DNA of 64,000 nt from Phycisphaerales bacterium (GCA_965227775.1 OZ245777.1:1472001-1536000), one strand, 5' to 3'. Positions 39,393 through 49,410 are shown, counted from the stretch's first letter. Program-made: numbers and translations. The notes: a model not told the origin generated them from the letters alone.

Positions 39393-40607
39393 CTAGCTCG
39401 AAGCAACTACCGGTACGACCTGCGCGATGCCCGCTAGCGCGCGCTCGACGTCGGCCGCCGTTGTAAACGGGCCAAAGCTCACACGCACGGTGCCGCCCAG
39501 AGCGGTCGTGTCCATCGATTCGTGTGCGCCCGGTGCGCAGTGCAGTCCCGCCCGCACGAGAAGCTCGTGCTCGCGCTCCAGCACATCTGCGGCCTCGTTG
39601 GGATCCACGCCGTCGAACACGAGCCCGAACACTGCAACACGATGCCCGGCACTCCGAGGCCCGACGAGTCGCACGCCGGGAATCTCATCAAGTCCAGCCA
39701 TAAACCGCTCGATGAGCGCGACCTCGTGCGCCCGCAACGCGTCGATCCCGCGGTCAAGCACGTACCGCACGCCGGGAATGAGTCCCGCGATACCCACGGT
39801 GTTGTGCGAGCCGGGTTCGTAGCGATCGGGCAATTCCGTCGGCTGGGTGTCGTCTTCGCTGCGCGAGCCGGTGCCACCCTCGCGCATGGTGTCGAGCCGT
39901 TCCTCCATGCCCGGAGCGACAAACAGCCCGCCTGTGCCCAGCGGCCCGAGCAGGCCTTTGTGCCCCGGGAAGGCAAGCAGGTCGATCCGGTCGCGCTGCA
40001 CGTCAACGGAGAGATGTCCCACGCTCTGCGCGGCGTCGACGAGGAAGGGCACGTCTTGCGCTCGGCAATGCGTTCCGATCTCACCGACGGGCTGGATGGC
40101 GCCCGTCGCATTGCTCGCGTGCACGACGGCGACCAGCGCGGTCTCGCTGGTGATCGCCCGCGCAACGTCGTCCGGATCGACGATGCCCTGCTCGTTCACG
40201 GCGACGCGTGTCCAACGGAACAGCCCCGGCAGCATCGCTCGAAGCGCATTGAGCGGCCGGAGCACCGAGTTGTGGTCCATCGCGGTCGTGACGACGTGGA
40301 TGCGCGCGTCCGGGTCGATGCGGAGCCTATTGAACACCAGGCCCTTGATCGCCATATTGAGCGCATCGCTGGTGTTGAGCGCGAAGATCACCCGGTCGGG
40401 GTCCTCCGCGTTGATGAGACGGGCGATCAGTCGGCGGCACTCGCCCAACACGCCGGCGCCCTGCCTTGCCTCCCGGTATCCACCACGCCCGGGAGAGGAG
40501 CCGATCTCGCTGCCGTAGCGGGCCATCGCCTCATACACGCCCGGAGCCTTCGGGAAGCTGGTGGCCGCATTGTCGAGGTAGAGTCGTTCGCGGGTCGTCT
40601 CGGACAT
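39393..40607 (-). CDS. Cysteine desulfurase-family protein (class V PLP aminotransferase)
   Basis: YLDNAATSFPK, HASNATG, VDAAQSVG, PGHKGLLGPLGTG (PLP Lys), RAGLHCAP (catalytic Cys), VRVSFGPF. Confidence 0.9.
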   Translation of the reverse strand: MSETTRERLYLDNAATSFPKAPGVYEAMARYGSEIGSSPGRGGYREARQGAGVLGECRRLIARLINAEDPDRVIFALNTSDALNMAIKGLVFNRLRIDPDARIHVVTTAMDHNSVLRPLNALRAMLPGLFRWTRVAVNEQGIVDPDDVARAITSETALVAVVHASNATGAIQPVGEIGTHCRAQDVPFLVDAAQSVGHLSVDVQRDRIDLLAFPGHKGLLGPLGTGGLFVAPGMEERLDTMREGGTGSRSEDDTQPTELPDRYEPGSHNTVGIAGLIPGVRYVLDRGIDALRAHEVALIERFMAGLDEIPGVRLVGPRSAGHRVAVFGLVFDGVDPNEAADVLEREHELLVRAGLHCAPGAHESMDTTALGGTVRVSFGPFTTAADVERALAGIAQVVPVVASS

Positions 40608-40740
40608 CGAGGGAGTCTATGACCGGCCGCGCCGACTGTCGGCTTTGGCTGCGTGGTCGGGCATCCACGCGTACCATGCGGCCTCTAAAACCGGGGGTTT
40701 CTGGGCCCCGACGGCCCTTGGAAAGAGGGGGGGCCGGCGG

Positions 40741-41754
40741 TTGAGCACATCATCGCAGGCGTTGCGCAATCGCGCCGCGCAGTACGCCCCCTTCGTCGTA
40801 TGGGCGGTGTGGTTCCTCATGGCGTGGGTCGTCGCCGTCGTCCACCTCGGGTTGGGGCCGACTCTCGCGCGCGAGTGGCCCATCGGCGTAGCCATGGCAC
40901 TCGGCAGCTACGTTGCCGGCAGTACGCCCATGGGCGGGGGCACGGTGGGCTTTCCCATCCTCGTGCTGTTCTTCGACGAGCCCGTAGGCCTTGGCCGCAA
41001 CTTCAGCTTCCTGATCCAGAGCGTGGGCATGACTTCCGCGACGATCCTGATCCTCTGCGGGAGGTTGCCGCTGGCCGTGCGGCCATTGCTGTGGTCGATG
41101 GCGGTTGCGGTCGTGGTCGTGCCCATCGCCTCCAGAACGCTGGTGCCCCTGTTGCCCGACGCCGTAGTGAAGCTGGCGTTCGCGGTGATCTGGGCAGGAT
41201 TTGGCATCATGACGCTCGTGAAGCTCAGGCAGATCCTGACGCCACATCCCCGTATCGCGCGATCGGCGGGCTTCGATGCGTGTGCGGGAATCGCGGCGGG
41301 CCTCATCGGTGGGCTCGCAACCGCGGCCACCGGGGTAGGCATCGACATGGTGCTCTACACCATCCTGGTGCTGCTTTATCGCGCCGACCTCCGAACGGCC
41401 GTTGCAACCAGCGTCGTGGTCATGGCCTTCACGTCGTTGGTGGGGGCCCTCAACGCGTCGACGCTGGGCCAGATCGATGTGCCGGTGCTGAGCAAGTGGG
41501 TGGCCGCTGCACCGATCGTGCTGCTCGGGGCACCCCTGGGCGTCCTCATGATGAGGCTCATCCCGCGCGGCGTGACGCTGGTGACAGTTTCTCTGCTCTG
41601 CCTGGCCCAGTACTTCTGGGCTCTAACCAATGTCGGCCTGACCTGGGCCACGCTGGGCGGCTCGGTGCTTGCCGTGCTGCTGCTCAATGCCTGCTTCCAC
41701 GTCATGTACCGGTTCGCCGAGCCGCCGAAAGCCCCGCCGCCCGGAGCAGCGTAA
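40741..41754 (+). CDS. Sulfite exporter TauE/SafE family membrane protein
   Basis: GSYVAGSTPMGGGTVGFP, IQSVGMTSA, GGLATAATGVGID, AVATSVVVMA; start uncertain (40645-40819). Confidence 0.8.
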   Translation: MSTSSQALRNRAAQYAPFVVWAVWFLMAWVVAVVHLGLGPTLAREWPIGVAMALGSYVAGSTPMGGGTVGFPILVLFFDEPVGLGRNFSFLIQSVGMTSATILILCGRLPLAVRPLLWSMAVAVVVVPIASRTLVPLLPDAVVKLAFAVIWAGFGIMTLVKLRQILTPHPRIARSAGFDACAGIAAGLIGGLATAATGVGIDMVLYTILVLLYRADLRTAVATSVVVMAFTSLVGALNASTLGQIDVPVLSKWVAAAPIVLLGAPLGVLMMRLIPRGVTLVTVSLLCLAQYFWALTNVGLTWATLGGSVLAVLLLNACFHVMYRFAEPPKAPPPGAA

Positions 41755-41763
41755 AATCGCCCG

Positions 41764-42138
41764 ATGACCAGAGACACCCGCCAGCGCCGGGCGATCCGCT
41801 CGGTGTTCGATGATGCAGACGGCCCGTTGGGTCCGCAGGAAGTCCTCGATCGTGCCCAGCAGGAGGTTCCCGGCATCGGGCTGGCGACCATCTACCGCAC
41901 CATCAAGCTGATGCTCGACGATCAGGAGCTCTCAGCCGTCGAGCTTCCCGGAGAGCCCGCCCGCTACGAGCCGGCCGATCGTTCCAACAGCCACCACCAC
42001 TTCTTCAAGTGCGACGCCTGCGGCAGGGTCTACGAGGTGCAGGGCTGCGTGAGCAATCCAGCCGGTCTGGCCCCGGATGGCTTCCAGGTTTCCCGGCACG
42101 AGATCGTGCTGTACGGCACCTGCGCCGCCTGCGCATAG
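41764..42138 (+). CDS. Fur family transcriptional regulator
   Basis: TRQRRAI, IGLATIYRTIK, HHHFFKCDACG, LYGTCAAC. Confidence 0.9.
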   Translation: MTRDTRQRRAIRSVFDDADGPLGPQEVLDRAQQEVPGIGLATIYRTIKLMLDDQELSAVELPGEPARYEPADRSNSHHHFFKCDACGRVYEVQGCVSNPAGLAPDGFQVSRHEIVLYGTCAACA

Positions 42139-42148
42139 GGTCATCTCG

Positions 42149-42718
42149 ATGTACCGACGTTCACACAGCCTGGGGTGGGGCATGCTTCTGTGCACCACTC
42201 TTTTTGCGTGTGTCGGCTGTGCTGCGCTCGGGATTGCGCCCATCGCGTCGGTGGCGAACTTCGGGTATGCCGTGTGGACTGGCTCCAGGCTCGAGTTCGT
42301 CGAAGACGCCGGTTTCGAGCGGGTCACCCTGGCCGCCGAGCGGGCTCTGATCGGGCTGGATCTGAACGTCGAGTTGACCAGCGAGTTGCGAAGCGACGGC
42401 ATCGTGCGCCGGCGTGTGTACCAGATCCGTAGCGAGCGCGGCGACCTGGCCATGCTGACTCTGGTTCGCCTCACGCCGACGATGACCGACCTGACGTTGG
42501 ACGTTGGCATCCTGGGCAATCGGCCGGCGGCCGAACTCATGGCCGACCACATCCGCTGGTATACCGATGGGGACACCATCAGGGCTTCCCGGCGAGCGGC
42601 CATCGAGTCGTTTGCCGAGCTCATCAATCCAGATGGCGCCGCTCCCGGTGCCGGAGATCCGCCAGACTCCGACCAGCCCGTGCTGGATGGGCCCGACTTC
42701 GGCAACGGGCTGTTCTAA
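42149..42718 (+). CDS. Putative lipoprotein, DUF3568-like
   Basis: Hydrophobic N-terminus with VGC lipobox-like motif; FERVTLAAERALIGLDL...TDLTLDVGILGN pattern. Confidence 0.55.
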   Translation: MYRRSHSLGWGMLLCTTLFACVGCAALGIAPIASVANFGYAVWTGSRLEFVEDAGFERVTLAAERALIGLDLNVELTSELRSDGIVRRRVYQIRSERGDLAMLTLVRLTPTMTDLTLDVGILGNRPAAELMADHIRWYTDGDTIRASRRAAIESFAELINPDGAAPGAGDPPDSDQPVLDGPDFGNGLF

Positions 42719-42982
42719 CGCCCACTTCGCGGCGTCTCGGGGTTGCCATTCTCCATCCACCGGTAGATACTCTGCCGTGCGGCGAGCACCGGCGGCCCTA
42801 GTGCGGGGCTGGTGGGCATCGCAGCACGACAAGAGACCCTCGGCACCCGCCCCCAGGGCGGTCCGGCGCTCCTCAGGGAGACGCAGCGGCGATGGCGGCC
42901 CATCCGTCTGAACCGGCTCGTCCCACGGTCGCGGCGACCGCCGCCGACCTTGGGGACCAAGCCGCGACAGAAAGGAAGCCCC

Positions 42983-44965
42983 ATGTCCTTCGAAGCCGCC
43001 GTCCACGCCCAGGCGATCGACCTCTGCAAGATGTCCCTCGAGATGACCGAGGCCGCCGGCAGCGGGCACCCGACCACGGCGATGAGCCTCTCGCACATCA
43101 CCACGGTGCTGCTCTTCCACACCATGCGGTGGAGCCCCGAATACCCCGACTATCCCACGAGCGATCGCCTCGTGCTCTCGGCCGGCCACGCCGTGCCCGT
43201 GGTGTACGCCGCGGCGTGCAAGCTGGGCATGGTGGTGGGCCGCGACCCTGAGAGCCGCCGCCCGCTGACGCTGGACGACGCCATGTCGCTCCGCCAGCAG
43301 GGAAGCGAGCTCGACGGCCACCCGAACCCGATGGAAGGCTTCCCGTTCTTCGACGCCGCCACTGGCTCGCTGGGCCAGGGCCTGAGCGTCGCCTGCGGTC
43401 TGGCCGAGGCAGACCGGCTCGACGGCCGCGATCGCGTGATCTATTGCATCATCGGCGACGGTGAAAGCCGCGAGGGCCAGGTCGCCGAGGCACTCGACTA
43501 TCTGGCGGAGCGCAAGCTGCGCAAGGTCGTCCCGATCTTCAACTGCAACGGCTACGGCCAGGCCGGCCGCGTCAGCGAGCAGCAGGGGCCCGATCGCCTC
43601 GCGAAGAAGCTCGAGGCGTTCGGCCTCGAAGCCATCACGATCGATGGGCACGAGCCCGGCGACATCCGCAACGCCTTCGAGCGGGCGCATGGCGTGGCCG
43701 ACGACAACGACCTGAACTCTGATACCAAGCCCGTGGCGATCATCGCCAAGACGATCAAGGGCTGGGGCGCCCCGTCGATGCAGGGCAACGGCTGGCACGG
43801 CAAGCCCGCCAAGAGCCAGGCGCTCGAGCGCGCTAAAGCCGAGCTCGACGAGCGGCGCGGCGAGCTGACCAGTGCGTTGAGCAGCGCCGACAGCTTCGCC
43901 ATCCAGCCTCCGCCGGAGCCCGCCGCCGCCCCGCAGGGCGAGGGTGAGGTGCCCTCGATGGATCAGGCCATGAAGCAGCTTGACATGGAGAGCCTGCGTC
44001 AGACCGCCAGCCTCGCCACGCGTCGTGCATACGGCCTTGCGCTCCGCGCGATGGGCAAGCCCATGCCGGAGGTCGTCGTGCTCGATGCCGACGTCAGTAA
44101 CTCGACGTTTGCCGAGACGTTCGCGAAGGACTCGGCCTTGTCCTCCCGGTTCTTCGAGTGCAAGATCGCCGAGCAGCACATGATCTCGATGGCGGTCGGC
44201 CTGAGCGCCGCGGGCAAGATCCCCTTCGCGAGCAGCTTCGCGAAGTTCCTGACCCGCGCGTACGACCAGATCGAGATGGCCATCAACAGCGGCGCCGGCC
44301 TCAAGATCGTCGGCAGCCATAGCGGCGTCACGCTCGCAGCCGACGGCCCCAGCCAGATGGGCCTTCCCGACGTGAGCTGGTTCCGCAGCTTCACCACCAT
44401 GAAGGACCACCGCGGCAACCCAGGCTGCTACGTGTTGCAGCCCAGCGACGCGTACAGCGCCTACGCGCTGACGCAGGTCATGGCCGAGTACGAGGGCACG
44501 TGCTACATGCGCACGCACCGCCCCGACGTCGAGTTCCTGTACAGCGCCGACGACGTGTTCAATCTCGGCGGGTTCGAGGTCCTCAATGAGGGCCGCGACA
44601 TCGTCATCTGTGCCTCGGGCTACATGGTTCACGAGGCCAACAAGGCCGTCGAGCTGCTCGACAAGGCCGCCATCCAGGCGACGCTCGTCGACATGTACAG
44701 CCTTCCCTTCGACGAGGACAAGCTGCTGGACATCATCGGGGCCAACGGCGGGTTCGTGATTTCGATGGAGGATAACTACGGCGGCGCCCTCGGGAGCGCC
44801 ATCGCAGAGGCCATCTCCCACAGCGGCGACGGTTTCACCCTCAAGCAGATGCACGTCACCCACATCCCGAGCAGTGCGCGCACCGCAGACGAGTTGCTCA
44901 GGCAATGCAACCTAACGGCTGATGATCTTGTGTCGGCCGTCAAGGAAGTGCTGCAGGTCGTCTAG
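42983..44965 (+). CDS. tkt: Transketolase (compact, animal-TKT-like type)
   Basis: SGHPTT, DRLVLSAGHA, ATGSLGQGL, ThDP motif GDGESREG...NCN, IAEQHM, FLTRAYDQ, DGPSQM; AAGGAAG SD. Confidence 0.93.
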   Translation: MSFEAAVHAQAIDLCKMSLEMTEAAGSGHPTTAMSLSHITTVLLFHTMRWSPEYPDYPTSDRLVLSAGHAVPVVYAAACKLGMVVGRDPESRRPLTLDDAMSLRQQGSELDGHPNPMEGFPFFDAATGSLGQGLSVACGLAEADRLDGRDRVIYCIIGDGESREGQVAEALDYLAERKLRKVVPIFNCNGYGQAGRVSEQQGPDRLAKKLEAFGLEAITIDGHEPGDIRNAFERAHGVADDNDLNSDTKPVAIIAKTIKGWGAPSMQGNGWHGKPAKSQALERAKAELDERRGELTSALSSADSFAIQPPPEPAAAPQGEGEVPSMDQAMKQLDMESLRQTASLATRRAYGLALRAMGKPMPEVVVLDADVSNSTFAETFAKDSALSSRFFECKIAEQHMISMAVGLSAAGKIPFASSFAKFLTRAYDQIEMAINSGAGLKIVGSHSGVTLAADGPSQMGLPDVSWFRSFTTMKDHRGNPGCYVLQPSDAYSAYALTQVMAEYEGTCYMRTHRPDVEFLYSADDVFNLGGFEVLNEGRDIVICASGYMVHEANKAVELLDKAAIQATLVDMYSLPFDEDKLLDIIGANGGFVISMEDNYGGALGSAIAEAISHSGDGFTLKQMHVTHIPSSARTADELLRQCNLTADDLVSAVKEVLQVV

Positions 44966-45002
44966 CGGCAGCACCAGCGCGATTCGAGATTCGGGGGTCA
45001 GC

Positions 45003-45821
45003 ATGTACGAAGACCCGTATCCGCCCGCGAGCGACTTCACCGTCGGCGAAGCCATCGGTGAGGGCCACAAGCTGCTGATGGCCAACTACGGGCTCATGCT
45101 CGGGGCGGCGATTGTCGTCGTGCTGCTCACCGCCGCTGCGGCGATGATCGCCGGCATCATCGACACGATCCTTGTTGGGCCTGACGCCCTATTCAATCCC
45201 GTTTCCACTGCTGCGCAGTTCCTTGTTCAGACGCCACTCAGCGTCGGTTTGGGCATGCTCGCCGTGCGACGGTATCGCGATGGCGAGGGCGCGTTCGAGG
45301 ACATCTTCATGGGCTTCAAGCGCTACTGGCCCATCGTCGCCATCGGCTTCCTGCTGACAATGGGCATGTGGGTGTTCATGATCGCGGGCATTGCCGGCGG
45401 TGCGCTCGTCGTCGGTGTGCTCGCGGCAGTGTCGACGCCCGCCGCCATCGCCGTCGGCGTCGTACTCGGCATCGGCTTACTCGTGCTGCTGGTCTATCTC
45501 GCAGTTCGACTGTGGTTCTCGTACCTCGTGTGCATCGATCCGCGCGGTGCGAGTCCCGGACCGATCGACTCAATCAAGATCAGCTGGTACCTCACGTCGG
45601 GCCGATCGTTCAAGGTGTTCCTCGTCGGCCTGATCATGGGCCTGATCGGATTCGTCTGCGTGCTGCTGCTCTTTCTGCCGTTCATCTTCTACGCCCTGCC
45701 GTTGTACGCCTGCGCGTTCGGTGCGCTGTATGTACTGCTGAACCCGATGCCGCCGCAGGAAGGTGACCTGGCCAGCGAGGGTGAGATCGAGCCGATGGGC
45801 CCGCCGCCGCTGGGCGCGTGA
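45003..45821 (+). CDS. Multi-pass membrane protein of unknown function
   Basis: About 5-6 TM segments; FEDIFMGFKRY and IDSIKISWYLTSG pattern typical of DUF975/GDPD-membrane-like proteins. Confidence 0.7.
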   Translation: MYEDPYPPASDFTVGEAIGEGHKLLMANYGLMLGAAIVVVLLTAAAAMIAGIIDTILVGPDALFNPVSTAAQFLVQTPLSVGLGMLAVRRYRDGEGAFEDIFMGFKRYWPIVAIGFLLTMGMWVFMIAGIAGGALVVGVLAAVSTPAAIAVGVVLGIGLLVLLVYLAVRLWFSYLVCIDPRGASPGPIDSIKISWYLTSGRSFKVFLVGLIMGLIGFVCVLLLFLPFIFYALPLYACAFGALYVLLNPMPPQEGDLASEGEIEPMGPPPLGA

Positions 45822-45896
45822 GCCGCAGGTGCAGCCCTATCGCTGGTTACACCAATTGGTGCCTGAGAAGGCGAGCGATGTGGTATATTGGCTGGC

Positions 45897-47261
45897 ATGG
45901 ACTGGATCTTCGTCGTCCTTGCGTGGTCATTGCTCGCTGTAGGGCTCTCGCTGTTGGTGTGGTCGATGATGTGGGATCGCTCGCGCGGCCGGCGGCGGTG
46001 CCCGAAGTGCTGGTACGGCATGGAAGGCGTGCCCGCGTCCGAGGGTGGCGGGTGGACGTGCCCCGAGTGCGGCCAAACGGTTGCGAAGGAGCGACAGCTG
46101 CTGCGCACTCGGCGGCGGTGGGGGATTGCTGCGCTCGCATTGCTGGTATTCGCTGCGTCGTACGCGAGCCGCTCTGGTCCGGCGGTCCGCGACCGTGGGT
46201 GGTGGGCCGCAGCGCCCGATCTGTTGCTGATCGCACTCTTGCCTAGGACCGATGCCTTCAATCGACCCGGATCGAGCGGTGGAGTAGTCAACACTCTCCG
46301 CGATGAGATCGGGTTTCGCAGCCGTGCGACGCTACAAGGTCCCAGAGGAACGCACACCAATCCGACATGGGTCGACGGCAGGCTTTGGCCTTGGGAGCGT
46401 TGGTTTTTGCATCACCAAGCGACGAAGATGTTGGCGAATGCCGAGAATGAATCCGAAATCGAGCAAGCAGTCTGGTTCGGCGTCCTCTCGAGCGATCGGC
46501 TGGATGCGGGGCTCCCAAGTGAGCACCTTGTAGCTGTGATCGTTGCTCGTTCGCTGCTGGCGTACGAGCGATGCGAGCAGTACATGGACTATGGGATCCA
46601 TGTCAACCTGCCGGGTGTCGGCCCGCACCCCTACGAGCTCTTCGTAACGGGGATGAAGGAGCCGGGGCTGTTTCGCTATGAACAACGCGATAGGCACCCC
46701 TTGGCGCACTCAGACTGGATGCGAACAGTGGCCTGGCGCAGCCACGATGGTGTGGTCCAGAGATGGTGGACCGTGACTGAGGATCGGGGCATCGAGCGTC
46801 GCGGGCAGATCGGTCGTGCGCTGGCAAGCGTTCACCACGATGTCATCGGCGCCCTCTTCCCAGCCGAACAGAGCAGCTCGCCACTCACTCTGTCAGAAGT
46901 CTCAGAATACGTTGGTGAGGCCACATTGCTCGGCCACAGGACACTTCAGCTGCGCGGCCAGAATCTTTACGGCGGTACAGACACTTTATGGATTGATGCG
47001 GAAACATTCCTCGTGCGTCGAGCCAAGAACTTCTTTGGAGACACCTGGTTTGTGCCACATTTCGATGACTCGGCTGCCGCGGTGCTTGGTGAATCGTGGT
47101 GGTCTTTCTATCCCGCACAACAAGATGACACGCCGCTCGAACGCTTCGACAACGAGTTGAGAGAGCTGCTGGGTCGGATCGACATGCCGACCGAGGAAGA
47201 ACAACTCGAAGCGCGGGAGATCATGATGAAACTACACTGGCAACGCCGCGGCACGCCGTAG
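45897..47261 (+). CDS. Membrane-anchored protein with Zn-ribbon (CPKC..CPEC) and LolA-like C-terminal region
   Basis: TM helix, CPKCWYGMEG...WTCPECG, second TM, TLWIDAETFLVRR; visibly lower GC than flanking genes. Confidence 0.7.
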   Translation: MDWIFVVLAWSLLAVGLSLLVWSMMWDRSRGRRRCPKCWYGMEGVPASEGGGWTCPECGQTVAKERQLLRTRRRWGIAALALLVFAASYASRSGPAVRDRGWWAAAPDLLLIALLPRTDAFNRPGSSGGVVNTLRDEIGFRSRATLQGPRGTHTNPTWVDGRLWPWERWFLHHQATKMLANAENESEIEQAVWFGVLSSDRLDAGLPSEHLVAVIVARSLLAYERCEQYMDYGIHVNLPGVGPHPYELFVTGMKEPGLFRYEQRDRHPLAHSDWMRTVAWRSHDGVVQRWWTVTEDRGIERRGQIGRALASVHHDVIGALFPAEQSSSPLTLSEVSEYVGEATLLGHRTLQLRGQNLYGGTDTLWIDAETFLVRRAKNFFGDTWFVPHFDDSAAAVLGESWWSFYPAQQDDTPLERFDNELRELLGRIDMPTEEEQLEAREIMMKLHWQRRGTP

Positions 47262-47285
47262 GCCCCGCCGTCTACACTGGCCCCC

Positions 47286-47981
47286 ATGGCGGACCCCCGG
47301 CCCAGCGCCCCATCCTGGCTGCCCGCGCTCAAGGGCACCTTCCTCGTCTTCGAGGGCCCCGACGGCTCGGGCAAGAGCACGCAGCTGCGCATGCTCGAGG
47401 CGATGCTCAAGGACGCGGCCATCCCTGTCGTCACCGTGCGCGAGCCCGGCGGTACGGCGGCCGGAGAGGCCATCCGCGATGTGCTGCTCGACCACCGCCA
47501 GGCCGCGATGGACGTGCGGTGCGAGATGCTGCTGTACATGGCCAGCCGGGCCCAGCTGGTTGCCGAGCGCATCGCGCCGGCGCTGGCCAAGGGCAAGGTC
47601 GTGCTGGCCGACCGCTTCGTCGCCAGCACGCTGGCCTACCAGGGGGCCGCGGGCGGGCTGAGCATCGACGACATCCTGGCCGTCGCTCGCGTCGTCACGC
47701 ACGGGGCCGAGCCGCACGCCGAGCCCGACCTAAACCTGGTCTTCGACGTCGATGAGGCGACCGCCGCCGCCCGCCTGGGGCTGCTGCTGGATCGGATGGA
47801 GGCCAAGGGCGCCGCCTTCCACGCCCGCGTGCGGGCGGGCTACCTGGCCCAGGTCGAGGGCGCCATGGCCGCCCACGGCGGGGCTGGCAAGGACCGATAC
47901 GCACGGATCGACGCGACCCAGGCGCCCGAGGCGGTTTTTGCAGATCTGCTCTCGGTTCTGGCCGAGCGGTTCGCCGACTAG
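47286..47981 (+). CDS. tmk: Thymidylate kinase
   Basis: FEGPDGSGKSTQ, REPGGT, LLYMASRAQ, DRFVASTLAYQG, FHARVRAGY. Confidence 0.95.
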   Translation: MADPRPSAPSWLPALKGTFLVFEGPDGSGKSTQLRMLEAMLKDAAIPVVTVREPGGTAAGEAIRDVLLDHRQAAMDVRCEMLLYMASRAQLVAERIAPALAKGKVVLADRFVASTLAYQGAAGGLSIDDILAVARVVTHGAEPHAEPDLNLVFDVDEATAAARLGLLLDRMEAKGAAFHARVRAGYLAQVEGAMAAHGGAGKDRYARIDATQAPEAVFADLLSVLAERFAD

Positions 47982-48050
47982 CGGCATCCTGCTCGCAATC
48001 CGTTCGCTGCGAGCTTCCACCCATTCGATGCCAAGCTGGGCAAAATTCCC

Positions 48051-48079
48051 TTGCAGGGGATTCCTGGCCGTGGTAGACT
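48051..48079 (+). promoter_or_regulatory. Putative sigma70-type promoter of the LuxR-type gene
   Basis: TTGCAG-N17-TAGACT; GGAGG SD before ATG 48119. Confidence 0.55.
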
Positions 48080-48118
48080 CTGCATACCCGGGTCCACGAC
48101 CGGCGCTGGAGGCCTCCC

Positions 48119-49162
48119 ATGGCCGACCGTCCGTCCGATACCCCCACACCGACCCCAGGTTCGAGTGGGTCCCCGGGCTCGAGGGGACCCGCAGGGGCAG
48201 GTGGGACCGAAAGGGCACGCACGGGACCGAACGGCCCCGGGGGGTTGCCCCACGCACCTCCAACCCACCAGCCGGCCCACCAACCAGCCCACAAGCCGGC
48301 CCGCCAGGCCGCCAGGCCCATCCATCGCGGCGATGATCCGTCCCATGCCCACGCGGCCCAGGCTGCTCTCGGCAGCCCGCTGGCCGAGGGCCCCGGAGAT
48401 TTGGGTCCGGCGGCCGTCACGACGCTCATCAGCATGCTCCGCGACGAGCCGGCGCTCGGCTTGGCGCTGGTCGACGCCGAGGGCATGACGATCGCCAGCA
48501 ACCGCCGCTTCACCACGCTCACCGTGCCCAAGGGCGCGGCCGAGGGCGCCACCGCGAGCCAGCACTCGGCCGGAGAGGGGCCGCACCACACGCACCACCG
48601 CGCGACGTCGACCGGCCGCCGCGGCGTGTGGGCCCGCGTCGGTCCCGATGCCGTGCGCAGCGCGCGCACCAGCGGCAACCCCACCGTGCTGCACTTCATC
48701 CACGAGGGCGCGCAGGTCCAGTGCGACGTGTGGCCGCTGGCGCGCCAGGACCCGAGCGTCGCCGAGGGCCCAACGTACCTGGTCGTCGCGGTCGAGGGCC
48801 GCTTCGATCCCGGCGCCGACTCGCAGTGCGAGCCCAAGCCGAGCGCGCACGCCCATCACACCCACCCCGAGCGCCGGCACGAGCACGGCCACGACGACCG
48901 CTTCACGACCCTCGCCCCCATGCTCGCCGAGCTGGGCGAGCTCGAGGCCCTGACCGCGCGCGAGCTGGAGGTGCTCGCCCTCATCGGCCACGGCATGGCA
49001 ACGCGCGAGATCGCCGAGTCCCTGGGCCGCTCGCCGCGCACGATCGAGCGGCACTGCGACGCGATCCACAAGAAGCTGGGCACGAGCAACCGGGTGCAGA
49101 TGGCCAGGTACGCGATGCGGGCCGGGCTGACGCCCGAGGCGGGCAAGCTGAAGAGGGTCTGA
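48119..49162 (+). CDS. LuxR-family helix-turn-helix transcriptional regulator with PAS-like region and His/Pro-rich inserts
   Basis: C-terminal LTARELEVLALIGHGMATREIAESLGRSPRTIERHCDAIHKKLG; LALVDAEGMTIASNRRF resembles a PAS start. Confidence 0.88.
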   Translation: MADRPSDTPTPTPGSSGSPGSRGPAGAGGTERARTGPNGPGGLPHAPPTHQPAHQPAHKPARQAARPIHRGDDPSHAHAAQAALGSPLAEGPGDLGPAAVTTLISMLRDEPALGLALVDAEGMTIASNRRFTTLTVPKGAAEGATASQHSAGEGPHHTHHRATSTGRRGVWARVGPDAVRSARTSGNPTVLHFIHEGAQVQCDVWPLARQDPSVAEGPTYLVVAVEGRFDPGADSQCEPKPSAHAHHTHPERRHEHGHDDRFTTLAPMLAELGELEALTARELEVLALIGHGMATREIAESLGRSPRTIERHCDAIHKKLGTSNRVQMARYAMRAGLTPEAGKLKRV

Positions 49163-49370
49163 TCGTTCGCCTCGCCGGCGGGGCCAAGCGCGGGCTTCGC
49201 CCGACGCGGGGCGCGCCGTGCTTGTCCACACGCACCGTGCTTCGCGCCGCAGCATCCGCCGAGCGAGTCTTCGAGCGAAAGCGCATGCGCAGGCGAGGCG
49301 GCCCCCGGCCGCCCGGGCGCAGCCCGAGAAGCGAGTCCGCGAGCGCCAAAGAACATCTCTATTGAGCGAG

Positions 49371-49410
49371 CCCCGGCGCAGCGTCCCGTCTTCGGGGCGC
49401 TCCGCCGGGG
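49371..49410. terminator. Long GC-rich stem-loop between convergent genes
   Basis: CCCCGGCG-c-AGCGTCCC...GGGGCGCT-c-CGCCGGGG; no clear U-tract. Confidence 0.5.

Noticed and set aside
42161..44905. 914-aa minus-strand ORF (likewise 13172-15463, 15491-17050, 23023-24819, 53810-55525)
   Set aside because: Shadow ORFs opposite well-supported genes.
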